From the NCBI GenBank assembly GCA_051362555.1, contig CM120640.1, forward strand, positions 45,424,788 to 45,488,787: 64,000 bases of DNA. Direction: 5' to 3'. Positions 1-13,700 of this stretch are shown here, piece by piece. This stretch comes from Lingula anatina. Its lineage: Eukaryota; Animalia; Brachiopoda. Position 1 is the stretch's first letter. Each line of letters begins with the position of its first letter. The position numbers and the translations under genes were made by a program. The notes beneath the pieces are model-generated. The model was not told the origin of the DNA and ran no database searches. It saw only the letters and a program-made list of their open reading frames with translations.

Positions 1-29
1 TTCAACAAAGTTTCAATCTGTTTGTCAAG

Positions 30-3000
30 TCCTCACTTAACCAGTGCTGACACAGCTGTAAGATGTAGAGGAACACGACTATTGGGAGAGGTTCTGCACA
101 GGTTGCCAAAAGATTTCCTTACAATAAAGGAAGGTAAAACAAAAGAGATGATTCAAGAAAATATGTTATTTTTATTACCACATTTTAAAATAGTCATTTT
201 TCCACTAAAATTCTATTGAAAGAAAAAGAAAGAGTCAAAGCTTTTGATGATTACATTTGAAAATCATCTTTACTCTCTTTAACTTAATGTGCACAAGGGG
301 ATGAGACAAAAGGAGATGTGGAATACCGTTTTAAAGATAATGTTGATGATGTTTATATCATCAACTTAAGAAATATGTTAGTCTAGAAAAACACTATAAA
401 TTAAATTTAATATTTATCCAAAGGCAAAGTATTTCACCTGCAGTTTCACTCTCTGTTCTTCAAAAAAGTTTGTCGCTGATTTCTTAAATTTATCAGCGTA
501 AATGATGTTTTAACAAACTTCTAGTTATTAGCCTCACAAGCAAAGCTTTAAGTTATATTTAGCATCTGGATTTTGCAGGATTATGATACTGTGATTGTTC
601 ATTTCAGTGGAGCTGTTGGTAAACTTCTTCAGTGATAGATTAAAGGATCATCATTCAGTGACTCCACATGTGCTGTTTGGTTTACTTGCTATGGTATGTA
701 TCAAAACAGTAAATCTTCCCAAGTATATAAATGCAGTTTCAATTTTAATTGTGATAGAGTACTGTAGCAGCCATGCAGAAATTCCAAGCAATACACATTA
801 ACTTAACTTTTTAGATTTTTTTCTTTAAGGCATTAAACTGTTTTCTATTTTAGTCCACTTTCACCCACCTGCCACCTGGTAGTGGACAACAGATGGTGAA
901 GGAAGTATCCAAAGAAGTGCATGTACAGTCTTTGGCTCAAGCAGACCGGCGATCTGCATACAGTATACTAATAAATTTACTTCATACTAAGATGGAGGGT
1001 GAGTATAATGGGTAGTAAATAAAACACTGCCCCAATGCTCTTGTGTGCATAGCAACCGTAAAATGAATGTTTGTGATAATTGTTCTGTAATTGTCCTATC
1101 GTATTGTGTGTATTTGCTAACCATGCAGTTGGCTCCATCTGTAGCAAGTCTATTACCAAATTGAATATCTTTCATTAAAAGAATGTTCATTTGCAGTTTT
1201 TTGCAATATTTTTGTAGTATTTAGTGTTATTTGACCATTGCTGAAATTTTATGTTATGCTTTTTGAATACCTTCAATACAGAACTTAAACCAATGGGAGC
1301 AGACTTTGTATATAGCTTCATCCAAACAATGGATGGTGAACGAGACCCACGAAATTTGGTCCTTGCCTTCAATATTGTTCCTGTAATAGTGCAGAACTTT
1401 CCTATAGGTAAGTGCCTTTTTAGTTAAAAAAGTTAAAAGTGGCCTTTTCCAACTTTTTAAAAATTTTTCCTTCATTTTAAATAGAACCAAGTAAAAACAG
1501 AAATGAAACTATATTGCTGAACTTATGATAACTGAAATAACAGATTTTGATTTGTTTAACATTATTATTTTTATTAAAAACATGTCGCACATATGTTGCT
1601 TATTGGTGACTAACAGATTTATGTTTGATATATGGTATTTTCCAATTAAAGGAATGTTTGCAGAGGAGTTATTTGAAGTCACTTCCTGTTATTTTCCCAT
1701 TGATTTTACTCCGGTAAGTGATCTATTACTTAGGTCTTCTGTTGTGTGAGTTTGGTCTGTTTTACATATTTTTGACAGAGTTATATACATAAGCAGTTTC
1801 CTTCCTGTTTCATCCAGTGTCATGTAACATTACATTCATAAACTTAACAAAATATTATGTTATATTTACAGATCTTGACATGAACCACTTTCACGACTCT
1901 CAATAAAATTGAATGAAAATCGTACATTGTTTGCAAAAACTCTCTGTTAAAAATAGCTTAGCTTGTACTTTTTTCTTTAACTTTTGTATCTAGCCTCCAA
2001 ATGACCCCCATGGAGTTACCAAGGATGAATTGGTGTTGGGTTTACAAAGGTGCATGGCAGCCACTCCTCTGTTTGCCCAGTATTGTCTGCCTTTGCTCAT
2101 TGAGAAGATGACTTCTGATGTACAGAGTGCAAAGAAGGATGCTTTTCACACATTAGTAAGTTGGTTATGGTCATCAGTGAACAATATTTGTTGCATCTGT
2201 CTTGTGTACTTGTAAAGCAGTATTTTGCACCTTGTGTGTGTGATAATTTTGAGTGTAACTTTGTCTAAACTACTGTTCAGATTCAATCAAGTATACACGT
2301 AGTGACAAAGTTTACTTAAACAACATTTTAAAACAACAGAAATGCTTTAATATACTGTACGTTAATTCTTCAAAGGCTACTGAAACATGCATTTTGTATC
2401 TGATATAATTACAAATTCATTTTTATTGCAGGCAAAATGTACAGAAACGTATGCTGCCAAAGATTTCCAAGAATTCCTAAGTTCTCTTTTTATGTGTATG
2501 AAGAGAGAGGTATGACATTGAATTTGACTTACAATATACTTCTTTAATTTATGCCAGTGATCAGAAATTATACTGTTGCAGAATTGTAGTATCTATGGAC
2601 ACATGTGAAAGTGCATTTGTGTGTGCATGTCATACATTAAAAGAGACCACAATTTATGATTATTTGATTACTTTAGCAATCATAGCTAAAATAATTTTCG
2701 TACACTTACCAATGTTAAAGATAGCTAGTCTGCTGTATGCTCATCACAAGTCAGTGTCTCCTATGGCTAAGCAAAGGTATTATAATAATTGTTATGAAAC
2801 ATATTATATACATTGCATTGAATGTTTGCACTGCATTATAATTGTTTTGTGATACTTAAAATGCATTCATCTCTACTTGAAGGTGCTGTCAGGTGTCAGT
2901 GAAATGGTGGAAGGTGCTGCACTGAGTGCTCTTACAGCTGTGGTATCAGTTCTCTCTACTGGTGTCCAGCAGGTCAGTAACACACACCTCTATAGTAAAA

Positions 3001-6000
3001 AACAGTGTTTTAAATCTTTTAATCTGCATGTGTAGAAGCCATAAACTGTATTTTCATTTAGTCACTGGTTCACTGAACATTTTGAAATATGGAATATCCA
3101 TCCCCTGTTATACCATTTATGTTTTGAAAGGTTCTAATAACTTGACTGCACAAGGTGAACACTTACTGGTTTTGTTCTTTCAGAAAAACTCAGAAACATT
3201 ACTAGATGGGTTTTTGAAGGACATCATCAAAGGTAAGAACAGTAAAATGTGGAAATATGTACTTATTATCATTTTAAAAACACCACTTCTAATATCTTTG
3301 CTCTGTTTATTAAATACTGCAAACCATTCACTAATTTGTTTTTATAACTAAATTGTTGCTTTAATAAAGAAGGATTTTACAATGTTAGACATGCTAATTA
3401 AAATATATGAAATTGGGATATAATGTTATGTTGTATTGTGTTAGACTGTAGACACCACCTGACACAGCCAGAGCTGAAGTTAATGTACCCGAGTGGGAAA
3501 CTACTCCAGGCAGCTGCAGCAGGGTCAGACCAGGCTTGCTGTATTATACTGAGGGAGATCATACCTTTATTACTGGAACAATTTCATAAACATACTCAGG
3601 TCAGATCATCAAAATGAAAGCACTTCATATTTTTTTCTTTTTAAGTTTGGATAAGTTGTCCTTTTGTCTGAAACTGTTTTTAAGTCTATAAATTACAAAT
3701 ATTATAGATCAATGTAGAATTTAGTCATTTCTTTTATCAGAACCCAGGTGCTGCATTTTACATATTAAGAATACCTTTGTAGAAATATTCAGAGAATTTT
3801 TTTCATTTATCTTGGTTTGAATGTAATTTTGGACTTGATGTTTCTCTCTCAACAATTGTTTTCTAACAAGTTTACAAGTTTAGAGAATAATGAACATTTT
3901 TTAATCTTAAAATAAACATAAAATTTTATAGGTGCTGAATCGGAGGTCTGTACTCGATGTGCTGCTGGGTTTTATCAAGATTTCCAAGAGGTTTAATGGC
4001 TCAGATGGTAGTAGATTGCTTTTATTATGATTTCACTTTTTCATTACATGAGAAATGAGAATAGGGAAATGGTGATATTTGATATATTGATCTTAATTGT
4101 ATGCCGTTGTTTACATTTTTATTTTAAAATGTGCAAATTTGATTGGAAAAGATATTTCATAAAGCAGGTTTGCTTTGCCATATGATATAAACAACTAATA
4201 ATTGTGCTAAAATTGTTAATAAAAATGTTGACATATTTGGACAATTATTATGAGTGTTGATCTATATAGGAAGTTATTTATTATCTAATCTGTTATGTTT
4301 CAGAGAAAAATCCTGTTGCTGAGTACAAAGATGCCATAATGACAGTGCTGTTTTCCTTATTGAGTGAAACAAATTTTCTGTTACGTTGTGCTGGGTTGAC
4401 TGGCATTGTGGGGATGTTGACCTTGACTGGGGTCACATCTGAGGAGGAGCAATGTCTGGCAGCAGAACACATGTTGAAGCTTGTGCTAGAGGATACAGAT
4501 TCATCTGTTAGGTTAGTGACACACTCATAAAAATGCACCTGCATTTAACATGTAAAGCAGGTTATAGAGTGTTTTTTTTTTGTTGTTGTTGACAAATTTC
4601 CTATGATGATATTAAGCAAGGACAAATGCACTGATATAAACATTTTATGTATACGTTTATACTGCAGTTCAAAAATATATGTATGCAGAAAATAGACATG
4701 GGTAATTTTATATTTAAAAAGGTCAGAAAAAGCCATCTTAAATTGATTATAATTTTATGAATTAGAAAACAAACTGTTTTTGGTATTGATTCTAAAAGGG
4801 ATTATTGATGCCTCTTTAATTTGCTTTACAGAACAGAAGCCACTACAGCCTTAACATTTATGAGCTCAGAATTGACATGGATAGCCTGTAAAATTGTATT
4901 ACCTAAATTAGTTGAATATCTAAAAACAGGTGAGTTTTGCTCTCAAAATTGTTCTTTCAGAATGTCTTGAAACAAACAAGGGAGATATATTTTTCTCATT
5001 TGAATTAAAAAAATTCTGAAGAAAGCTTTAAAATTGAGAAAAGTGAAGTGATTTGAAATATTTTCATTAACATATTCCTAATGAGCAAAAAAGTTTACAC
5101 AAATGTATTGAATGATTTTAAAATCTACCATTTATGTCAGTGCTCTTTTGCACTTTTTGATTTTCACACCACACATGACTTTAAGTACACACTGGATCAG
5201 TTATTCCATTAAATTTTGCTTTTCAAAAGATTTCATGGAAACAGACCAGAGCAGTCCTCATTTGTCAAGTGGATATTTACTCAATACCCTGGCTGCCATA
5301 TCAGTACATAAGGACATAATACAAGAAACAGTACCCATCTTGTATCAGCAACTGGAGGATTTGACAAACAGTAATTTTTTTTTCATTTTCATTTAATTTG
5401 GCTTTTTTAGTTATTATAATAAATAATAAGGATTTTGTAACTGCTGATAAATTTCATTCATATTAATGGCAGTTTATAATGATTATTCCGTATCTTGCAA
5501 TACACAGATTATTGAAATTTCATTGCAAAATGGATATCTTTTGAAGAAATGTAGGATTTTATTCGCAAGCAATAGCAACATTTTGTCCATTTTTTTTGTA
5601 AGAGTAATCTTTGATTAAATGTTTTTTTCAGGACCAGAGACTGATTACTCTGAGGCTGAATTATGCTTGAACTGCATTGCAAACATTGTGCAAGCTTCTG
5701 TCCAGGAAAAAGAAAATTTAGACTTTTTTTATGAACACCTGTTACAAAAGCTGCTGAAGTTATCACTGCAAAGTTTTATTAATTATTTAAGCAGGACTGA
5801 ACATGTTCTTTGGAAACAGGACATTTTACTGAAATTATGCAGTGTCATCAGAACTATATGTCAGCATTTATCACAGAGGTAGGATTTGGGGATATTGGTT
5901 TCGATGAATTTATAAGCATTCAATTTTATTGTTGCTTTAGAGCCTGAGAGATGTTTTTATGATAATGATGTCTGTCATAAAGTCTGACATGTTAAAAATA

Positions 6001-9000
6001 ATTGCATACTGATGTTGTAGTCTTGTTGTAGCTTAAGATGAAATATTGCTGTGCTCATTCTAAACAGATTTAAATGTAGTTGATAGAACTGGATCTGAAT
6101 TGGTGTATGTGGTTATTATGAAAGCATTTAAGTTAATAATGTAGATACACTTTCAGATATGCATAAAGAAAGACTTGCACAACTTATGCTTTTATTCACT
6201 AGGCAGGGAGAGGAGATGGTTAAAAATGTACTTGCAGTATATGTTGAAGGGCAGTCCCATTTGTGGTTAGGTGGAGCAGAGGCTGAGGGAGCATTTAAAC
6301 CATTACAGGTACCTCTTCTTTCACATGTAGTCTGAATGCTAAGTACACAATTAAAGTATGGCAAACATTTTCAAGTATATTAAAAGGCAATTTTTGAGAA
6401 ATTACTGAATCTTCCTGTCAGATTTTCTTACTGTATGCCAGATTTTGTTATCATCTTCTTTGATCATCAGATATTTGTAAATACAAGTTAGTATGTTTAA
6501 TTCACATTTGACACAAAATTATATTTTGTAGACTTCATCACCTTGGCAACAGACCCAGGCACTGCATGTCTTTTTAGCAGTTATATGTGCACTTCATCAA
6601 AATGTAAGTTTGGGTAAAATTCAAGTAACTATTCTGACTTATTGCAACTAAGTTTTTAACTTGCTTTTTTGTATGGCTGATTTAAATTGAGTTCCTTTTT
6701 TCTTTCTGTTGGAAGGAGGTTGAACTCCCAAGATGGAAGTTCATTGATAACCCTGACATTTTCTCATTCACACATTGTGCTGAAAATAATAAGTGAATCC
6801 AGTAACTAAATATCTGGGCTTTCTTTATCCCAAATATGCCCATGAAATATAACAGTGCTGAGCTTACTTATGCCCCGATTTTATTGTGCATCGGAAGGTT
6901 CACCAATTCAGAGCACAAGCAAGCTCCACCCCTGGTCTATATTTTATGGGCACATTTAGGAAAAGAGAGCAAAGGTATGTAGTAACTCAGTTCACATATT
7001 ATTTATGTGTACTGTGTGTGAAAAAGACATACGGTACATACTCATTCATTTTGGGAGTTCAAACCTCTTGAATTGGTATCATAAAGATTTGAAAATGTTT
7101 GATATTGATAAAGGACTCCACTTAAGGATGTATTGTATACCTTTATATGTATACATGATGTTGTTTATTTCCAGGTTTTGGTTCCTTCTTTATACAGCCT
7201 ATTGGATATGTTGGTTAATCTCACTCTACAGCTATCACATTCATTGTCTCAGCTGGGGACAGTGAAGTGTTTAGCAGGGCTCATCAACAAAGCTCCACAA
7301 GGTATCTCATTTTATATGCATTGGTATGTTTGGTATTTAATAGACCTTGAATATCTTTATAGGGATAATTTTACTGTTTAATAAATATCACTATTTTTTT
7401 CTTTTTATTATATTGTCATTTGTACATGAATTGACATGTCTACAAACAATAGGATAGAAATATATTGAATATTTGACATTTGAACAGTTGAAAATGTTTT
7501 TAGATGAACTTTTTATTACAGGCACAGAATTGGATTCTTATCTTGAATCTTTGAAGCAGAAGCTGGAGACTTTGCTGAATACAGGAGTTGAGAGTGGACA
7601 ACACCAGGGAGCAGCACTTGTATGGCAGTGGGTCACCAAGGCACTGGTACTCAGAGGTCACCCCATTTCTGGAAAGTTTGTTGAAAAAGTAAATTTCTTC
7701 TTTTTTTCTTAATCACAAAAGCAAACTGAAATATTTCTGAACATTCATGTCTATTCTTTTTATAAAAAGGCAATCATGCATATTGTTATGGAATAACTTT
7801 GAAATGGTTAATATTCTATTTCGATAAGGCTTTTGTTCTGGACATCTGTGAAGAATATTACACATACAGGTGTGATTTAGATTAGATTTAGATTTAAAAT
7901 ATTCCAAGAACTTTTTACTTTTTTTTTTTTTTTTGAAAAATTAAGATCTCTTTCAGATGATGACCTTTTTTGAAAATTCTAACTTGAACAAGTTGGCAGC
8001 AGATGGGTTCTACATAGTTATGGCAGAGTTTGATGATGTGATGACAAAACACATGCACGCAATCATCAGACCACTTTACAAACAACGCTTCTTTCACCTT
8101 ACATTACCTGGACTCATTCAAGGTTTTAATTCAACCATTGCAGGTAAGGACGTCATTTATTTAATTAGTTTATCTTAAAATGAATAATTGTAGTTTTTGT
8201 TAATCATTGTTCAATTAATTGTTGCAGTCAAAAATGTGTGGTTTTGAATTGCTATGGACAAATTAAGAAAAGTGTACATGGTTGAAAAATATTATGTGTA
8301 AGTCTAAACATGCAGATGAATTAGAATTTTGTAAATCCAAATCTAAAATTGACGTTGATTGACATTTTAATTGTCATTTTTATATCAGACAGAAAGCAGT
8401 TTTACCTAACAGCTTTGTCATACTTGCTGAGATTTGTCCCGAAGCAAGTCTTGCTGAGTGAATTACCCCCAGTAAGTAAGAAAAAAGTATTGTTAGTGTA
8501 AAGAGAAATTGATTGCTGATTAATGATGTACTCAGTTTTTATAAGTGTTTAAAAAAGTGTTAACTTTGCTTGTTCTTTAAATGTCACAACAACTCATCTG
8601 TAGACTGTATCAAAGTATGAATTTTGTATTCCTGAGTGAAAAACAAACTTATAATGTCAGGTTATTTCAGTCTGTAGAAATAAGTACCCATATGTTTTTG
8701 TCTGCCCTTTTCTTCTAGCTTGTCCCCCTCCTAGTCCAGTCCTTGTTGATAGAAGAGGTCAGTTTACAGCTGTCCACAATGACCACAATGTATGATCTGA
8801 TGCATGATGCACCACTTATCTTGGGGGAATACTTAGATACTCTGATACCTAAGTTTCTGAAGCTCTCTAGATATGAGCCATCAATGGTAAGTTGATACAC
8901 CTGGTACATTTTAAACATAATGGTGCACCTTAATATTAAGATATATAAATATATGTTTGAAAGTTTTATCTCCTAAGAATTTTTCTGGTTTACAGTTTCT

Positions 9001-9747
9001 GTCACTTATTGAAACTTGACAATCTCAGTTTGAAGGAAGAATATATTTGTGTGTGTGTGTTTTGAAATTTTTTGAGATATTAGACATACTGAAATTTTCA
9101 AACAAAGGTATCATTTTTTTGTCCAGTTCTGTTTCTCTTTGTACCAATATGTCAGTGTTCAACTCTGTTTAATGCAATAATTATTGTTATTCCAGAAAGT
9201 GCGTATCGCAGCCCTGCAGTGTCTAGGCATGATGACCACCCTGCCCCAGCACTTGACCACTCCACACCAGAAGACAGTGGTCAGAGAACTGGCGCACCCT
9301 TTGGACGACAAAAAGAGACTGGTGAGAAAGGAGGCAGCACAGGCAAGAGGAGAATGGTATGTGTTTTTATTGAACACGTATCTTTCATTGGGTCCATTCA
9401 CGTTGTTCGATAGTGTGAGTTACTCATAAGTCTATTTATGATCCACAGCAACTCTGGTCTGAACATACTTGGTGAAAAGACTAGAATGAAATTTTAATAA
9501 TCCTCTGAAGGACAGGACATTGGTGCCTTTAAAATGACCCCATTTGAAAATTTGTCATTAAACAAAATGTTTTTAAATTCTCATGAAAAGAAAAACTGTG
9601 GTCTGTTGCATTTGCACACACGTTTGTGTTATTAATCATTGTGATGAAGGATTATTAATTAAAATTTCTCTCAAAGCAATAAATTAAGGTATGAAATGAT
9701 AAGTTTACTGACATTTTAGGTACCTTTTGGAAACCATGCAGAAGTAA
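30..9747 (+). CDS. MMS19: MMS19 nucleotide excision repair / cytosolic Fe-S assembly targeting factor homolog (5' end outside the window)
   Basis: 24 GT-AG exons with consistent phases: 30-133, 608-693, 854-998, 1282-1407, 1652-1713, 1994-2155, 2432-2509, 2883-2972, 3184-3232, 3445-3599, 3932-4007, 4304-4511, 4832-4929, 5230-5370, 5632-5878, 6203-6308, 6532-6603, 7175-7301, 7522-7688, 7957-8143, 8389-8471, 8719-8886, 9196-9356, 9720-9747 (TAA). MMS19 hallmarks: RLKDHH, MDGERDPRNLVLAF, EELFEVTSCYFPIDFTPPPNDP, WVTKALVLRGHP, LYKQRFF, LDDKKRLVRKEAAQARGEWYLL. Confidence 0.95.
6818..6970. mobile_element. Small degenerate MITE-like inverted-repeat element in an MMS19 intron
   Basis: Left end gctttctttatcccaaatatgcccatgaaatata matches the reverse complement of right end tatattttatgggcacatttaggaaaagagagc with several mismatches. 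Confidence 0.5.
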
Positions 9748-10742
9748 CTTACATCGAGTTCCAGAGAGGAAATTTTGATAAAAGCATCAGGAAAGTTGAA
9801 CTACTTCAGTGTATGGACACTGAGACAGCATGGGAGAAAAGGCAAAATTTAATTGGTAACAGCCACCAGCAGTCTGTGCCTGGCACTGCAATTTGCAGAA
9901 CAGAATTTCCAAATGCTGTGTCTTCAAAATATGTAACAGGCTCTGTTGTACACATCTGTGACAAGTGACATGCTGCATTTTTAGATTTTGTCTGAATTCT
10001 ATGTAATGTTGTAATGTAATGTTGTCTCACTTTTCATTATTACTTCTTCATTTCTGAGTTTTGAGTAGAAAACATAAGTTAATATATGTTCCATAGAACA
10101 TTTATCTCACATGATGCATCCATAACAAAAAATTAATTAAAGTGATGTAAAAATAAATCAAATGATTTTTAATACTGGATATTTAGCTGTCAGATTCAAA
10201 TTAAATAAAAATCATGTATTATCATAATTTTAGAGACATATTTGTTAAATATATTCTGTAAGCACTATTATCTTCAAAGTAACAGTAAATATTTCAATAA
10301 AGCACCCATCACAAATAGTCACTGCATGATTCATTGTTCTTGTCTAATTCGTTCAGGCCATGATTTGTTTCATATAATATATATGTAAACATACAAATTA
10401 ATATTTTACCATCAGGATTCACGAAGACCACTGCTGCACATAGTATTTTGACCCTGTAAATCAACATTATCACCATCATAATGATGATGTGTTCAAAACT
10501 GATCTCCCTAAATTTCTAGTCTAAAAAAGACCCTGTTCCATCTAGGTGGTGCCTGTTAAGATACAAAATATAACCCTGTAAATGTTTGGTTCCAGCAAAC
10601 CACTTGACAATGGCAAACATATTTTTTATTTCAAAAACTTGCACCTTACAGAACCTGGATATCATTTTTGTTGAGTACTTTCTTTCAATAAAAGCGAGAA
10701 GTGTTTTGGTAGAAGCACATGTCAGCTCCTGTTGCTCATCAG

Positions 10743-13700
10743 TCACTGACTACTCAGTTCCATTTTTGATTGTGCGTCTGTGTCTTCTGTAATAGAGCAG
10801 TCATCTGGCTCAGAGACTGAATTTTCATGCTCACTTCTGAAATAGAAAATGTAAATAAAATATACTCCCAGTCGCCATTTCACTACGCAATAAAATCTTT
10901 TTAAAAAACGTTGCGAGAGCACTACAAGCTCATAATAAAATGGTAAATCAGATTTTACTGTCAAATTCTCCAAGTCAAATGTAATTGGTATGTGTGTGAG
11001 TATGTCCACGTGCTATTTCCTAATTTTTCACAGCAGACTGCGTTTACTTTTTGTGAAATCTTGTTTTATCTGTTAGAATAATTATAGCTGGTTGTTGACT
11101 TTTTGCAATTCCGAAATTCCTTTAAAAGTAGTCTTCAAACTGTTATATAAAAACAAGATGTGTATTTGTATACCTGTCTGTCTGGGTTGATAATTGGTCC
11201 ACTGATTGCAGTATTATGTCTCTATGGTTAGCCTGCATGTGTCTCATAAGAGTGGCCTCTTTGGTAAACTTTTTCTTACAATGTCCACAAGTCAACATTT
11301 TATACTGCAGATGTACACTGCGTATATGCCGATTAAGGTCTCCTGAAAATGGAAATTAGGATTACCAAAATAAAACAACTGCAAAAATGGGAATCTTAGG
11401 TATCTTTATGATCACAATTGGAGTGATCACCGAAACAGAAGTCAAGGACTTCTGCCAGTCATTCTATTACCCTGAACTTGAATTATACAATAAGATCTTG
11501 AGCACATCAACGTGCAGAGCTAACAAATAAATGATTGTGAAATAGTGAACTCGCCTTCCCCTCAAAAATACTGGTAATTTTGACATGCCTTTAGACTTAA
11601 CTGGCAATCTCTGAACAATATATATGGACAGTTGTATAACTGAACAATTGCTTGTACTTGTACCTGATTGGTAATAAGTCTTGCCACAATAAGTGCACTG
11701 GCAATGCTTCTCTCTCTTGTGAAAGCGTGTATGTACAACCAGGTCACTGCGTCTTATGTAGCCTGAAGTGTCAATACAATGTAAAAATTAAACAATAACA
11801 CTTTTTCATAACAGAGGTATAATCTTGAGCATTTCTTGCAATTTGAATCCCAGACGTAGAATCCTCTTAGGGTTACCTTGGGGTTACATTTGAAATATTA
11901 ACACTTCCTGAAATTAACAAAAGTTTTGAAATTAATATTTCAATCTGTAAAATTAAATTAGTCAATTTAAACCAAATTTCCTACAACTACCCATCCAAAA
12001 GATGAGAAGATGGCTCTTTGGCTAAAACCCTTTAGAACATGAAAAAATATTGTTTGGTGTATTCACAAAACAAACCTTTTCCACATATCTCACACTTGTA
12101 TGGTTCCGTCTTATTATGGATATCTGTGTGTCTTATCAAGTCACAACGCTGCAGAAAAAAGCGGCCACACTCGTTGCACTTGAAACGACATTCTTCCTGA
12201 AAATCAAATTTGAAGAGTTAATAATACATTATTAGACTGTAAACTGGAATCAAAATTTCAAAATGAAGTGGAAAGAAAAATTTGTAAGAAAAAAACTGAT
12301 ATTCAATTGATATTTTTCAAATACTTTTTCAACTTTCATAATTTTTTCTAAAAAGATTTTTATTTCTAAGGTGCACACTTCATATGCTTGTATTTTTTCC
12401 TATCAAGACTATAAAATAAAAAATAACAAAAATTCCACTCAATTGCTTCAGACCAAGAAGTTATAATGAGAAGGAGTAGAAACAAGGGGTTTCCCTTCAT
12501 CCTATCCTCGTAACGGGCTTAATCCTAATAATTACCCAGCTTGTGGTCTTAGGGAGAGCTTGTGCCTAATACATATTCAAAAGACCGTTCACGTGGGTTG
12601 CTTCAGCCAATTGGTATAAAGCCTCGCGAAGTCTCTAATAATCTCACAGAGAAAACATGGTGGGATTACAGAAAGGTGTAGAGAGAGATTTCAAGCCTGG
12701 ACGCAACCATTTCGGGAAATAAAACTCAAATCATGCAAGATACACCTTCATTTGATCTAGAGCCGATCAGTTATACAAAAATTAGTTTCACATCAAGAAT
12801 GTATGAGAACAATTTCACAAACCCACCTTCAACGCTAAAATTTGCACCTGTAGAAGTCTCATATTTATTTTAAATTATTTTTGTCGTGTAAAGGAAATTT
12901 ACCTTCATCTAGGAATGACACATTCAATTCACAGCCGTGTACACAAAACAGTAGTACTTGCAATTTCCGTATGCCAGCTTCGTTTCTTTCTTTTTTGGCA
13001 CATTATTGCTTATATACCAGGTAGAGCTTAAACAGGAAAATTGGGGAAATGAAAATAAGTTATTGCACTTAGTACGATTCTAAATAAAATTTCATTATTA
13101 CATATTTTTGTTTATATCTTTGTCTATTACATGAGGCCAACTAATAGTAGACTGATAGTTTAAATTCATTAGAAGAAAAAATCAAAGAAATATTTTTATT
13201 GATTGATATTGCTTTATTTCAACATTCGAGCAACTTGTATAATATCTAAAACAAAGTACCAGCAATGAAAATATATCAATATTGTTACACCCAACAGTGA
13301 TTAAAGCAATACAAAAATGGTTAGTTTTTATTTTGATGTGGTGATTATTTTATTTTAAACTTTAGACAATTAGCCAGTGAACACTAAATTCCCTTTTAAA
13401 ACTCGGACCACTAAATTCCCTTTTAAAACTTGCACCTCTTGTGCACTATAGTTTAATATTAGTGGTGGTAAGAAAACAGAGCCTTGTGCCTCATCAAGTT
13501 GCTGCTGGAAACAATCATTTTGCCAGCAAAACTAAAGATCTTTCACCTGCATTCTCTTCAACCTGAAATGAGTAAGTGCGGAATTCATTACAAAATATAA
13601 CTCTATATCCTAAACGAAACTCTGCAAACATCATATTGCAATAAAAAATTGAAAAAAAATTCCGAGAGTTCCCTGTCATCACATTTTGGACCCACCATTT

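Noticed and set aside
6157-6202. Upstream acceptor (tttcag 6156) for the MMS19 exon ending at 6308
   Set aside because: Wrong phase relative to the previous exon; the acceptor at 6202 fits.
6886-7071. ORF / possible extra MMS19 exon 6898-6974
   Set aside because: 77 nt would break the frame; flanking exons join in phase 0 without it, and it mostly lies in a MITE-like inverted repeat.
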